Positions 29,832-39,474 of a stretch of DNA of 64,000 nucleotides are shown here, piece after piece (positions within the stretch are counted from its first letter, which is position 1; each line of letters begins with the position of its first letter). A program made the translations under genes and the position numbers. Origin of the DNA: an uncultured archaeon (GTDB lineage Archaea > Thermoplasmatota > Penumbrarchaeia > JASLWR01); contig CAYRFL010000001.1 in the NCBI GenBank assembly GCA_964423515.1, forward strand, positions 1-64,000, given 5' to 3'. Below the pieces are notes generated by a model. It saw only the letters and a list, made by a program, of their open reading frames with translations. It was not told the DNA's origin and ran no database searches.

Positions 29832-30590
29832 GTGGATCGGCCTTGCGAAATGGAGAATTCGCAGATTGATGAGGCCAGGGAATTCGGGCCGGATGATAAG
29901 GAAATACAGGTGTTATCGATGCTTTGTCCATTGTGCAGCATAGAGGTAGCCCACGGGGAGGAGAACTGCCCCGAATGCGGAACATACCTCGTAACTGAAA
30001 GTCATGAGGAATCCTTCAACGGGACGGAGAGCAGTGATTACGAGGAGAACATCACTCCCTTCGTATTCGAGGAAGACCCGGAGAGCGAAGCTCCCCTGGA
30101 GGCCGAGGTCACCTCGTCGGAGGGACCATCGGAAGGAGAGGATGATGAGCGGGCTGATGGAAATGCGGCGGAAACCAATGGGGACGATATCGATGCCGAG
30201 ATGGCGGTCATCAAGAAGAAGATGAAAAAGGCAAGGCTCTATTACAGGAACAAAAAGATGCCCAAAAAGAAATATATGCGACTTATCAAGGGTTACAAGA
30301 AGAAATTACACCGACTGAAGGAAATGAAACAGAGTCTCAAGATGCCAGTGGAGGAGGAGGAGGAGACCCCTCAAGAGATGGTGGTCGAGGAAATGATCAC
30401 GCAACCGCAGGTCGATCACAGGTCCCAGCTCAACACCGAGGACCTGTATATGCCCATCCAGGAAGATCAATCATGGATAGACCCGCTTCTCATCACCGAG
30501 TATGAAACGGCAACGCGGGATTGCCCTAACTGCGGGGATCTGGTCAGGACCCACTGGATTGTGTGCCCGGCCTGCAGAAGCGATCTTTAG
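29832..30590 (+). CDS. Double zinc-ribbon protein: N- and C-terminal C4 ribbons flanking an acidic and Lys-rich region
   Basis: 'CPLCSIEVAHGEENCPECG' and 'CPNCGDLVRTHWIVCPACRS'. Lys-rich stretch 'KKKMKKARLYYRNKKMPKKKYMRLIKGYKKKLHRLKEMK'. Confidence 0.5.
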   Translation: MDRPCEMENSQIDEAREFGPDDKEIQVLSMLCPLCSIEVAHGEENCPECGTYLVTESHEESFNGTESSDYEENITPFVFEEDPESEAPLEAEVTSSEGPSEGEDDERADGNAAETNGDDIDAEMAVIKKKMKKARLYYRNKKMPKKKYMRLIKGYKKKLHRLKEMKQSLKMPVEEEEETPQEMVVEEMITQPQVDHRSQLNTEDLYMPIQEDQSWIDPLLITEYETATRDCPNCGDLVRTHWIVCPACRSDL

Positions 30591-30722
30591 GCGGACGACA
30601 GGGTAACGGAGCCCTTTGGGTCCATGGGAGCTAAATGAATCCCTTGTCCGTGGGAATCTATTTCTATCCGCGAAGACCGGCGTACAAGTGCCCCGTAAAT
30701 TTGTCATCACGAGAGCGTCATT

Positions 30723-33700
30723 CTAGACAATGATGGGATCAATGAGGTTTTTCATCTGCATCATCATTTCCCGATCCTTGGCAGAGATCGCATCATCCTC
30801 ATCGCTCAATTCCAACAACCAATTTATCTTTTGGATCGTAATTGAATAGGCTGTTTCCTTGGAGAGTATTCCCTTACTGACCAAGTCCTTGTAAAGGGTA
30901 TGTATCTTGTAGGTATTCTGTACAAATACATCATAGTCCGCCTCATCGACCGGCTCATACATTTTCAGGGCACCGGCCACCAGCATGGTATAGTCCTGTA
31001 ATGCCTGTACTATTGGCTTGGTTGCCTTCTTAAGCGCGATTTCAGTGGCCTTGTCTCCCTTGGCAAGTGCATCTTTAAGGGCGGCTTTCACCCAGTCGTA
31101 GGCGGCCAGAGCGGATTCCTTCAATGGGACGGCCTGCTGAGAATTCAAAACGCCCTTGTCAACCAACGTATCGATGGATGTACCCATCTTTGCCATCTTG
31201 TCCTTCTGCATCCAGTTGCCAAGGGTTTTTACGGATATGCCGCCGTTTTCAATTTCATTGACGCCTATCTTTGTCTTTTCGTAAGCATCCGGTGTCACAC
31301 TTGCCGACGTAATGCCCGCCACAGCGCATAAGGCTGCAATGAATGGGCTGTTGGATACGCCCATTCCGCAGAATCCCACTTCCTTACCCTGTCTGATAGC
31401 CTCGAATATTATGGCCAGCATCTGCTGAACCACCGACGGGTCCTCTTCATCATACACATCCTGAAGCTTTGCAAGGTCCCTATCGGTCATCAACACGCCC
31501 TGGGTAAGGTCGTTGCTGCCTATGGAAAATCCGTCAATGTCCCTCAGGAAGGACCTTGGATTTTGACCGACCGAGGGTATCTCCGCCATGACAAACAGTT
31601 TCAGACCTTTATCTCCTCTTTCGATCCCGTTTGCCTGGAGGCTGGCAGTTGTTTCGATGAGCTCCTGCTCGGTTCTGACGAATGGCAGCATGATATGGAG
31701 GTTTATGGCACCGTACTGGTCCCTGGCCTTCTTGAAAGCCTCTGCCTCCCAGGCATCGATCCCCCTGGATACGCCTCTGAATCCCAGCATGGGATTGTCC
31801 TCATCCGGTTCAAACAGAATTCCGCCCAGAAGACCCTGATATTCATTGGATTTGTAATCCGTCGTTCTGTAAATGATATCTTTGCCGTCAAAGGCCTTGG
31901 CAAACAATGCGATCTGCTGGGAAAGCATTTCCGTGTAGAACTCATGACCGCTGGAATAACCTGCAACCTGGAGCCTTGTTTCGATCTCGGTCTTTGTTTT
32001 TTCTAGTACGTCCACCAGATTATCACCGTTATTGGCACCACCGGTTGCATACATGGACATCAACAGAAGCTCTCCTTCTGTTTTTTCTACTTCATTCTTT
32101 TCAGAAAGGGCCTTCATAGCTTCCTTTATCTCACCATTTTTTATCAGTTCGAGAAGTTTGTCAAATATGTTGGCATCATAGGCCTTCAGTGCCTGATAAT
32201 GAACACCGATGGCTCCAAGCACGAACTCGGCACGTAGAAGACCAACCTTGAAATCAGGGATATTCTTCAACTGACTAAGCTTCTTGGCAGCATTCACATC
32301 CGCCAATATCAGACCCACCGAGGTATTTGTTGGATAGTCATTTATTATCTTGTTGGTATCAATGTCCTCGCCCTTTTCTTCCAAGATCACTTCACCTTTT
32401 ATCAGATGCCCGTTGGATCCATCCACGGTTATGACCTTTCCATCCAGGGATTTCAACAATTCAATATCTCCAACACCGATAACCGCCGGAATGTTCAGTT
32501 CCCTCGATGTGATCGCCGCATGGGAGGTTCTCCCGCCAACATTTGCCACGATGGCTCCGGCAATGTTCATCAAGGGCAGGAAATCAGGGTCCGTCCTTTC
32601 CGCTGCCAGGATATCGCCTTTCTTGAAATTGATGAATGCTTCTTTATTGATCTCATGTATGAATTTCACTTCACCTGTAGCAGCCCCGGCAGACGCACCA
32701 TCTCCTGTTTTCATGATAAGTCCTTCCTTCACAGCGTTTTTCATGGCTGCATCGGTAACTTCTTTTTTCCTCATGGGAATGATGCCGGGGTGTAATTCCA
32801 TTACCTCATTCCAGTTGGTTTCCGGCCTGGCCTGGACCATATATATTCCGGAATCGTCAATGGCAAATTCGATATCCATGTATTTTCCATATCTATTGTG
32901 AATTATCACTGCCATTCTGAGGATCTCGTCCTCTTCCTCTTTGGACAGTACCCAGGAGGTCCTCTCTTCTAGGGATGTCTCGGTCTCATGGGAGCCGACT
33001 CCCTCCTCGTTTCTGATGATCTTGATCTCCTTTGCCCCCAGGGTTCTAACCCTGAGTTTCCCGTCAAATCCTCTGAGAATATTGTCGGGAGTCGTAAGTC
33101 CGCCGACCACTGATTCGCCTATTCCATAATTAACATCTATCTGTACTACCCCTTCCATACCGGTATTCGTTTCAACTGTGAAAACGGTACCGGCCTTGGT
33201 GGAATGTACCATTCTGTGAAGTACAACACTCACAGCAATATTGTCAAAATCAAAAGATCTCAGAGCTCTTTCCCTCGTGGCTCCCTCGTCAAATTCCACT
33301 CCCGCTTTTTCGGCCTTAATTCTGGCTTTCTCGATAGCCTTGTTTATCTGACTGATTCTGTATTCAAGGGATCTAACATTGAATCCCGATGCAAAGTCCC
33401 TTTGAACATGCTCAATTACATTCTCAGTTCCATATATGTATACATAGGTATCCTGTGCTCCGGCAAAGGCCGCATCATCGCTGTCCTCACCAACAGCAGA
33501 ACTCCTGACCGCGACCTCAACATCTTCGATACCGGACCTGTCGCAGATATCCTTGTATCCGGCAGCTATGTCCCTTTTAAGATCTTCTGCCATTTCAACT
33601 GAAAGTATGGCGATCTGTGCAGCTATGGACAGACTGATCTTGGCGTCATACAATGCTGCTTCATCATTACCTTTTTCGGCCAATAATTTTTTGGTCTCGG

Positions 33701-34082
33701 AAATTTTCCGGTTGATGAACTGTCTAATTGTAATAGCATTCTCCTCTGGGACGCCTTCTGAATGTCTTCTTCTGCATTCTCTACCCTTCTTGTAGACAAA
33801 TTTCGGCTGTGATAACTCCTGACTTCCATATTCGGCAATCGCCTTCTTAACGAATTGGTCAAGGTAAACTGAATCAACAATCGCATTGTCGAGATGTTTA
33901 TTGTAAGCGGTAGCAGATACTGCACAGAAGGCTGCAGTATTTACTCCCACCAAGTTTTCCAGAATGGCCAAATTATAGTTTTTTCCTCCAACCAACTTCA
34001 GTCCGGTTCGTCCCAGTTTTTCTATTTCCGCACCCGAAAGAACGTTTTTCTGCACAATTATATTATTTTCCATGGTATTCAC
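30723..34082 (-). CDS. ppsA: Phosphoenolpyruvate synthase-like (pyruvate, water dikinase family), unusually long at 1119 aa with a roughly 190-aa C-terminal helical extension
   Basis: N-terminal ATP-grasp 'LVGGKNYNLAIL'. Phosphohistidine domain 'GGRTSHAAITSRELNIPAVIGVG'. C-terminal TIM 'FSIGSNDLTQ'. The domain order matches PpsA. Confidence 0.8.
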   Translation of the reverse strand: MNTMENNIIVQKNVLSGAEIEKLGRTGLKLVGGKNYNLAILENLVGVNTAAFCAVSATAYNKHLDNAIVDSVYLDQFVKKAIAEYGSQELSQPKFVYKKGRECRRRHSEGVPEENAITIRQFINRKISETKKLLAEKGNDEAALYDAKISLSIAAQIAILSVEMAEDLKRDIAAGYKDICDRSGIEDVEVAVRSSAVGEDSDDAAFAGAQDTYVYIYGTENVIEHVQRDFASGFNVRSLEYRISQINKAIEKARIKAEKAGVEFDEGATRERALRSFDFDNIAVSVVLHRMVHSTKAGTVFTVETNTGMEGVVQIDVNYGIGESVVGGLTTPDNILRGFDGKLRVRTLGAKEIKIIRNEEGVGSHETETSLEERTSWVLSKEEEDEILRMAVIIHNRYGKYMDIEFAIDDSGIYMVQARPETNWNEVMELHPGIIPMRKKEVTDAAMKNAVKEGLIMKTGDGASAGAATGEVKFIHEINKEAFINFKKGDILAAERTDPDFLPLMNIAGAIVANVGGRTSHAAITSRELNIPAVIGVGDIELLKSLDGKVITVDGSNGHLIKGEVILEEKGEDIDTNKIINDYPTNTSVGLILADVNAAKKLSQLKNIPDFKVGLLRAEFVLGAIGVHYQALKAYDANIFDKLLELIKNGEIKEAMKALSEKNEVEKTEGELLLMSMYATGGANNGDNLVDVLEKTKTEIETRLQVAGYSSGHEFYTEMLSQQIALFAKAFDGKDIIYRTTDYKSNEYQGLLGGILFEPDEDNPMLGFRGVSRGIDAWEAEAFKKARDQYGAINLHIMLPFVRTEQELIETTASLQANGIERGDKGLKLFVMAEIPSVGQNPRSFLRDIDGFSIGSNDLTQGVLMTDRDLAKLQDVYDEEDPSVVQQMLAIIFEAIRQGKEVGFCGMGVSNSPFIAALCAVAGITSASVTPDAYEKTKIGVNEIENGGISVKTLGNWMQKDKMAKMGTSIDTLVDKGVLNSQQAVPLKESALAAYDWVKAALKDALAKGDKATEIALKKATKPIVQALQDYTMLVAGALKMYEPVDEADYDVFVQNTYKIHTLYKDLVSKGILSKETAYSITIQKINWLLELSDEDDAISAKDREMMMQMKNLIDPIIV

Positions 34083-34261
34083 TTCGATTTCTGTTTTCTT
34101 GAGTTAATAATTTTCAACGGTAAGTGTAGGAGTTAGTATAAAAAATTTAGCGGATTGTTGGTTGATTTGGATAGTCTACGGGATTTAATTTTCTGCATAT
34201 GCAGTATTGATTCTAGTTACCCACCCTCATTTCTATTCGAATATCATCCCGTTTACCGCAG

Positions 34262-35785
34262 TTACTTCTTCCCGAATATCTCATTTCTGATGTAGCGGAT
34301 CATCTCCACCGGATTCACCACTTTCATGATGTATCGGATATCCTTCATGGGCAGTTGGCCCAGAGCCATCATCGCCGCGAAATATATCGGAGCTCCTATG
34401 GCCGCGTAGATGAGAAAATCATATATCCTCTCTATCGGATAGATGTCATACAGAACGAAGCGCAGGAAAAGGACCATGACAGAGGCCGCAATGAGGTTGA
34501 ATACGAGCCTCCAGTTGCTCTTTACCCCGGTGACCTTCTTGTATATGACGATGCGGACGAAGATGGTGTACAATACGGATGATGCCAGCGTCCCTATGGC
34601 CGCTCCGAGCCCCTTCAATCCAAGAAGAGTGATACCAAATATCGCCGGAGGAATAAGCAGCATATTGAAAATTATATTGAGGATTGCCTTGGGAACCCCG
34701 ATGGCGGCTGCCATTTTCGGTCTGTTGGCACCGGCGAACTGTATCGCATAGGGCACGTTGAGAGCGGTAATGAGGCCGTGAACGCTGAAAACGGCGAGTA
34801 TCGCGGCGGCCGGCAGGAACTTCTCGCTCATCATGATGAGAATTATATCCCTCGGGAAGAAAATGATGAAGAAGCAGATGGGCGTTAGAAGCAGCGCGAT
34901 GTACTTCTCGGCGGACCACGTGAGGTCCTGTATGTAATGCTTCTTGTTCTTTGAATACAACTCGGATATGGTGGGGAAGACGAGCTTCCTTGCGGCCATA
35001 CCGAAGAAAGTGAGGAAGGCGGTGAATCTCATGGCCGCGAAATAGTGGCCCACATCTGCCGAGCCCCAGAAGAACTGGATCATAACCCTGTCCGTGGTCA
35101 TTGCCAGCTTCGCCGCCATGGTCACGAAAACGAGTGGAAGGGCGAATTTCATGTAATTCTTGGCAAGGACCCAGCGGGGCCTGCCTATCTTGACTCCCCT
35201 GAAGAGTATGAGAGATGCCAGAAAATAGGAGAGCATGCTTATGTTCCACGTCACCGCAAGTCCGAATATGCCGAGCTGGAAATAGAGAACTATGAGAACC
35301 GCGGCGAGCCTGCTGATGGTGGATAGGAGCATGCCAATCTGGACCTTGGCAACCTCCTTTTTCGCTTCGTAGGTCGCCACGAATACACCGTTGAAGGAGG
35401 TCAGGATGAAATTGACCAACAGAATATATATGGCCACCTCGTGCTGGGGGGACTCGAATCCCTTGCCCAGCAGATGTTTCCACCCGAACAAGCTTGAGAG
35501 AACCACGATTATGAACACCGCGGTCAGCACGAATTTGATTGCCAGGTACGTCCCGACGCATTCACCCTCGTCCATACCCTCGGAAATACGCTTGATATGA
35601 GCCGTATCGGTCCCGGGATTGAGGATGAAGGCGTACATTCCGAGAAGACCCAGGCCGAAGGCGACAACCCCATATGTGTAATCGGCGTCGTAAAGGTAAT
35701 TTGCTATGGCAAACAGGATGACGAAACCGAGTACGCCTCCGGCGGCGTTATTGGCAAGGATCAATAATGTCTTTCGCGCAAGCAA
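34262..35785 (-). CDS. MOP-superfamily polysaccharide/oligosaccharide flippase (Wzx/MATE-like), 12-14 TM
   Basis: 'MLARKTLLILANNAAGGVLGFVILFAIANYL' is a typical Polysacc_synt N-terminus. Polytopic hydrophobic profile. Confidence 0.75.
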   Translation of the reverse strand: MLARKTLLILANNAAGGVLGFVILFAIANYLYDADYTYGVVAFGLGLLGMYAFILNPGTDTAHIKRISEGMDEGECVGTYLAIKFVLTAVFIIVVLSSLFGWKHLLGKGFESPQHEVAIYILLVNFILTSFNGVFVATYEAKKEVAKVQIGMLLSTISRLAAVLIVLYFQLGIFGLAVTWNISMLSYFLASLILFRGVKIGRPRWVLAKNYMKFALPLVFVTMAAKLAMTTDRVMIQFFWGSADVGHYFAAMRFTAFLTFFGMAARKLVFPTISELYSKNKKHYIQDLTWSAEKYIALLLTPICFFIIFFPRDIILIMMSEKFLPAAAILAVFSVHGLITALNVPYAIQFAGANRPKMAAAIGVPKAILNIIFNMLLIPPAIFGITLLGLKGLGAAIGTLASSVLYTIFVRIVIYKKVTGVKSNWRLVFNLIAASVMVLFLRFVLYDIYPIERIYDFLIYAAIGAPIYFAAMMALGQLPMKDIRYIMKVVNPVEMIRYIRNEIFGKK

Positions 35786-35961
35786 CGGTACACCGGGTCG
35801 GGTAAGGGGATATTAGGATATAAAAAAATTGGTATATTGCATAAGTAAGCGGGTGTTGAATGAAAATATCCCACCCGATCCGCACACATGGCCACTGGAG
35901 AAGGACAAAGGGGAACCGAGTAACAAAGACATATAATTCAAAAGCGCATTTTGGGGAGAGA

Positions 35962-37065
35962 ATGGCCACGATAAAGGAGCAGATAGAACAGCTCGAGGAA
36001 GAGATAAAGAACACGAAGTACAACAAGGCCACTCAACATCATATCGGAAAGCTGAAAGCGAAGATTGCGCGGCTCAAGGAGGACCTTGAGAAACACCGTG
36101 CATCGGGAAGGAAGGGAGGTGGTGGATACCAGGTCAAGAAGAGCGGGAATGCAACGGTATCCATAGTTGGATTTCCCTCGGTGGGGAAATCCACCCTTCT
36201 GAACATGATCACCGATGCAGACAGCGAGGTCGGCGATTACGAGTTCACCACCCTGGAGGTGGTTCCCGGAACGCTCGATTACAGGGGGGCCAAGATCCAG
36301 CTCCTCGACCTGCCGGGTCTCATCAAGGGGGCCTCCAAGGGAAAGGGACGCGGAAGGGAGGTCATCAGCGCGGCGCGAAGCTCCGACATGATCATTCTCA
36401 TGATAGACGTTTTCTCACCGGATCTCAAGATAATTATCCATGAGCTCAGCGAGTCGAAGATACGCCTGAACGAGAGACCCGCTTCCATCAACATAACCGT
36501 GGGTGATTCCGGAGGTATAGAGATCGCCACCACGTGCGACCAACCCTATATGGGGGAAGAGCTGATGCGTGACATGATCAGGAGCTACGGATACGTCAAC
36601 GCTACCGCGGTGGTCCGCACCCCCATCCGTCCCTATCAGCTGATAGACCGGCTTACGGGGGGCGTTCGTTACACACAGTCAATACTCCTCATCAACAAGA
36701 TGGACCTGGCCGACGAGATACTACAGGACAAGATCATCGGTAGATATCGAAGATACAATCCCGTTGCCATATCCCTGAAGGAGCAGCTCGGGATAGATGA
36801 GATCAAGGAGAGGATATTTCACAGGTTGAGGTTCATACGGATATATCTGAAACCCCAGGGTTCGAAGGCCGACATGGATGAGCCCCTCGTTGTGAAGAAG
36901 GGCAGCGACGTTGAAGCGGTGTGCAACAATATTCACCGGGATTTCGTGGAGAATTTTCGATATGCCAGGGTATGGGGCCCGAGCTCCAAGTTTCCCGGCC
37001 AGAAGGTGGGGCTCTCCCACGGACTAAGGGACAGGGACGTTCTATCCATCGTCATAAAAAGATAG
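35962..37065 (+). CDS. Drg/Obg-family GTP-binding protein (OBG-type G domain plus C-terminal TGS domain)
   Basis: G1 'GFPSVGKSTLLN'. G3 'DLPG'. G4 'NKMD'. N-terminal coiled helix 'MATIKEQIEQLEEEIKNTKYNKATQHHIGKLKAKIARL' is typical of Drg/Rbg1. The start is chosen at 35962, where the ORF track gives 35860. Confidence 0.85.
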   Translation: MATIKEQIEQLEEEIKNTKYNKATQHHIGKLKAKIARLKEDLEKHRASGRKGGGGYQVKKSGNATVSIVGFPSVGKSTLLNMITDADSEVGDYEFTTLEVVPGTLDYRGAKIQLLDLPGLIKGASKGKGRGREVISAARSSDMIILMIDVFSPDLKIIIHELSESKIRLNERPASINITVGDSGGIEIATTCDQPYMGEELMRDMIRSYGYVNATAVVRTPIRPYQLIDRLTGGVRYTQSILLINKMDLADEILQDKIIGRYRRYNPVAISLKEQLGIDEIKERIFHRLRFIRIYLKPQGSKADMDEPLVVKKGSDVEAVCNNIHRDFVENFRYARVWGPSSKFPGQKVGLSHGLRDRDVLSIVIKR

Positions 37066-37192
37066 GCCGGATTACTGGGACCATTAATGTTAATAACAAC
37101 GATCCTTATGCATAATGCGCAGCGCCTCATACGTCTGCCCAGAGATATCGAATTGGTCTTCCCAATGCATCATGTAACAGGAGACTGACCGG

Positions 37193-37741
37193 ATGATAAA
37201 GAAGATATACATCTCTGCCAACGAACTGCTGGAGAAATCCTTCGAACTGGCCAGAAAGGTATGGGACGACGGCTATTACCCGAATTTCCTCATCGGGATA
37301 TGGCGCGGGGGAACCCCCCCCGGGATCGTCATACACGAGTTCTTCGATTTCAAGGGCGTCGGTCTGTATCACACCGCCATCAAGACCCAGTCATACACGG
37401 GCATAATGACCGCCGGACCCGTAGAGATCAAGGGCATGGAGCACGTGGTGGACATCGTCAACAGCGAGGACAGGATGCTGATCGTGGACGACGTTTTCGA
37501 CAGCGGCCTGACCATGGTTGAGGTGATCAAGGCCATAAGGAGGAAAGCCCGCAAGAACTCTCCCGAGATACGGGTCGCCACCGTCTATTACAAGCCGTCC
37601 CGTAACAAGACGGACATAACGCCTGATTACTACGTCTGCGAGAACGATAACTGGTTGGTGTTCCCCCATGAACTGTCAGGTCTCACGCGAGAGGAGATAA
37701 AGAGCAAGAATCCGAACGTGCACGGACTTCTCTTCGATTAG
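37193..37741 (+). CDS. Purine phosphoribosyltransferase (type I PRT, xanthine/hypoxanthine-guanine-like)
   Basis: PRPP-binding motif 'LIVDDVFDSGLTM'. Confidence 0.7.
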   Translation: MIKKIYISANELLEKSFELARKVWDDGYYPNFLIGIWRGGTPPGIVIHEFFDFKGVGLYHTAIKTQSYTGIMTAGPVEIKGMEHVVDIVNSEDRMLIVDDVFDSGLTMVEVIKAIRRKARKNSPEIRVATVYYKPSRNKTDITPDYYVCENDNWLVFPHELSGLTREEIKSKNPNVHGLLFD

Positions 37742-37745
37742 ATAT

Positions 37746-38618
37746 TCAAACCGAACCCAGAACGTCCTTCGCGATTGTCATAGATCCGATGGCGGCGGGA
37801 TCCCTGCCCCTTCTTACGGATATTATCTCGGCCATGATGGCCACCGCTATCTCCTCGGGCGTCTCTGCACCGATATCGAGTCCAATGGGAGTGTGCACCC
37901 TTCTCAACTTGTCGGGTGAAACACCCGATCCCGCTGCCGAGCGGAGACAGGAGCCCACCTTGCTGCGTGAACCGATCATTCCCACGTAGCGAACCTGCTG
38001 CCAATCCCTGCCCCCGAGCGCTTCGAGTACGTCCCCGTCCCACCTGTGACCGTGAGTTATGATGACGACGTAGGTCGGTATCTCAAGTGGTATTGTCGTG
38101 AACACGTCGGAATACTCGCCGAGCAAGACCTCTGCACCGGGAAATCTCTCCGCCGATGCGAACTCCCCCCGGTTGTCCACCACGGTGAGCCCGAGGTCCA
38201 TGTTCCTGACTATGTTGTGGATGGCAAGTGCCACATGCCCTCCTCCCGCCAGCACGAGCCTGTCGTACGGATAATAACACTGGACGAAGACGGACATGCT
38301 GCCGCCGCATATGGCGCCGGTGTCCTCCGTGGGCTCCCCCGCCCCGTGACCCCCGTGTCCTGTCATGCGTTCCGCATCGCCAAGGGAATAATCCAGGAGG
38401 CGCGTTTCCAGGGACCCCTCGAGCATCTCCACCGCGGCGAGGCCCACCCTTCTCTCCACCTCCCCTCCGCCTATGGTGCCCATCTGTTTTCCATCTGCAA
38501 GGACCAGCATGGAGGCGCCCACCTTGCGGGGGGTGCTGCTGTCGGCACGCACCACGGTAGCCGCAGCAAAGGGTCTTCCTTGGTCCTTGAGATGTTTCAT
38601 CCGGTCTATGATCGACAT
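37746..38618 (-). CDS. xdhC: XdhC/CoxI-family molybdenum-cofactor insertion chaperone
   Basis: 'AAATVVRADSSTPRKVGASMLVLADGKQMGTIGGGEVE' (XdhC_CoxI N-terminal) and Rossmann 'LAGGGHVALAI'. The ORF track extends to 38699; the start is probably the Met at 38618. Confidence 0.7.
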   Translation of the reverse strand: MSIIDRMKHLKDQGRPFAAATVVRADSSTPRKVGASMLVLADGKQMGTIGGGEVERRVGLAAVEMLEGSLETRLLDYSLGDAERMTGHGGHGAGEPTEDTGAICGGSMSVFVQCYYPYDRLVLAGGGHVALAIHNIVRNMDLGLTVVDNRGEFASAERFPGAEVLLGEYSDVFTTIPLEIPTYVVIITHGHRWDGDVLEALGGRDWQQVRYVGMIGSRSKVGSCLRSAAGSGVSPDKLRRVHTPIGLDIGAETPEEIAVAIMAEIISVRRGRDPAAIGSMTIAKDVLGSV

Positions 38619-39304
38619 GTCTGCACACCTGCTATCGACGTTCGGCTCCCGGGTACGATACATCGTCGTCCCTGCACGGAATAGATGTTCCGCATACAAG
38701 GGATAAAATGCTACTCAGACTGCCCGTCTTACATCATGGATCAGTAACATAGTCGTCATCATCGTAGCCTGGGGAAAATGGTCCTTCTCGTAGATAATCT
38801 TTATCGGGCGGTAAACCGATCCGGATTTTTGCGTTTTCGAGGGATCCGATACAAGCGAACCGATTCAACTCATGATTTGGAACAGAAAAGAGGGCGGCTC
38901 CCATTGCATTCCGGTGTAACCTTCGGTCACACCAGAGCCCTCGGTTAGTGAACCTACGGGCAGCCAGCAGGCATTGGCCGCCCTCGCTAGAGCCCTATCA
39001 CATCAAGATAAGGAACAAGGGTCGGTTCCCACTTCGTTCCGTGGCATCGAGTAGATGCCACTGAATCCTCGGCAGGTATGCCTACGGACAAATGCCGACC
39101 CCTGGGGCCGGCACGGCCCCTATTCGTAATGAATTTTTTTAATATTATTTTATTATAGTGGCGGGCTCGCGTGCGCCTATACCTCCCCTTTTCCACCCCC
39201 CGGCTATCGAGCCCGCTTAAGCCAGTTTCAATGGTTGAATCGGGTTTTTTGGTAATATCATTCGATAGTAACATAAGTATAACATCAGAAATTAAAAAAA
39301 AGGA

Positions 39305-39379
39305 GGGCCGAGACCGGGATTTGAACCCGGGCCAGAGGATCCACAGTCCCATATGCTACCAGGCTACACTATCTCAGCC
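39305..39379 (-). tRNA. tRNA-His (anticodon GTG) with genomically encoded G-1 and no encoded CCA
   Basis: Minus-strand read: G(-1)GCTGAGA TA GTGT AGCCTGGTA GCAT A TGGGA CTGTGGA TCCTC TGGC CCGGG TTCAAAT CCCGG TCTCGGC C. The 7-bp acceptor stem has one G·U pair. The T-loop is TTCAAAT. The anticodon loop CUGUGGA gives GUG. G-1 opposite C73 is a His identity element. Confidence 0.65.
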
Positions 39380-39427
39380 GAAATGTGCGGTGGCCAATAA
39401 TGGCCGATATTATTATTCTTTTGGTTC

Positions 39428-39462
39428 GAGTATGATAATAAAAAAGAGAGAGGGGTAATGAC
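39428..39462 (-). terminator. Hairpin plus oligo-T terminator-like element just downstream of the 2021-aa gene
   Basis: Minus-strand read after the stop: ggggtcattacccc (5-bp stem) followed by tctctcTTTTTTatt. Confidence 0.45.
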
Positions 39463-39474
39463 CCCTCGTACTCA

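Noticed and set aside
34446-35561. 371-aa ORF in an alternative frame inside the MOP flippase gene
   Set aside because: The flippase frame gives a continuous 12-14 TM hydrophobic profile. This alternative frame is Arg/His-rich.
38987-39352. 121-aa ORF overlapping tRNA-His and the hairpin-rich intergenic block
   Set aside because: It overlaps a well-folded tRNA and has no protein-like features. The region is better explained as RNA or structured DNA.
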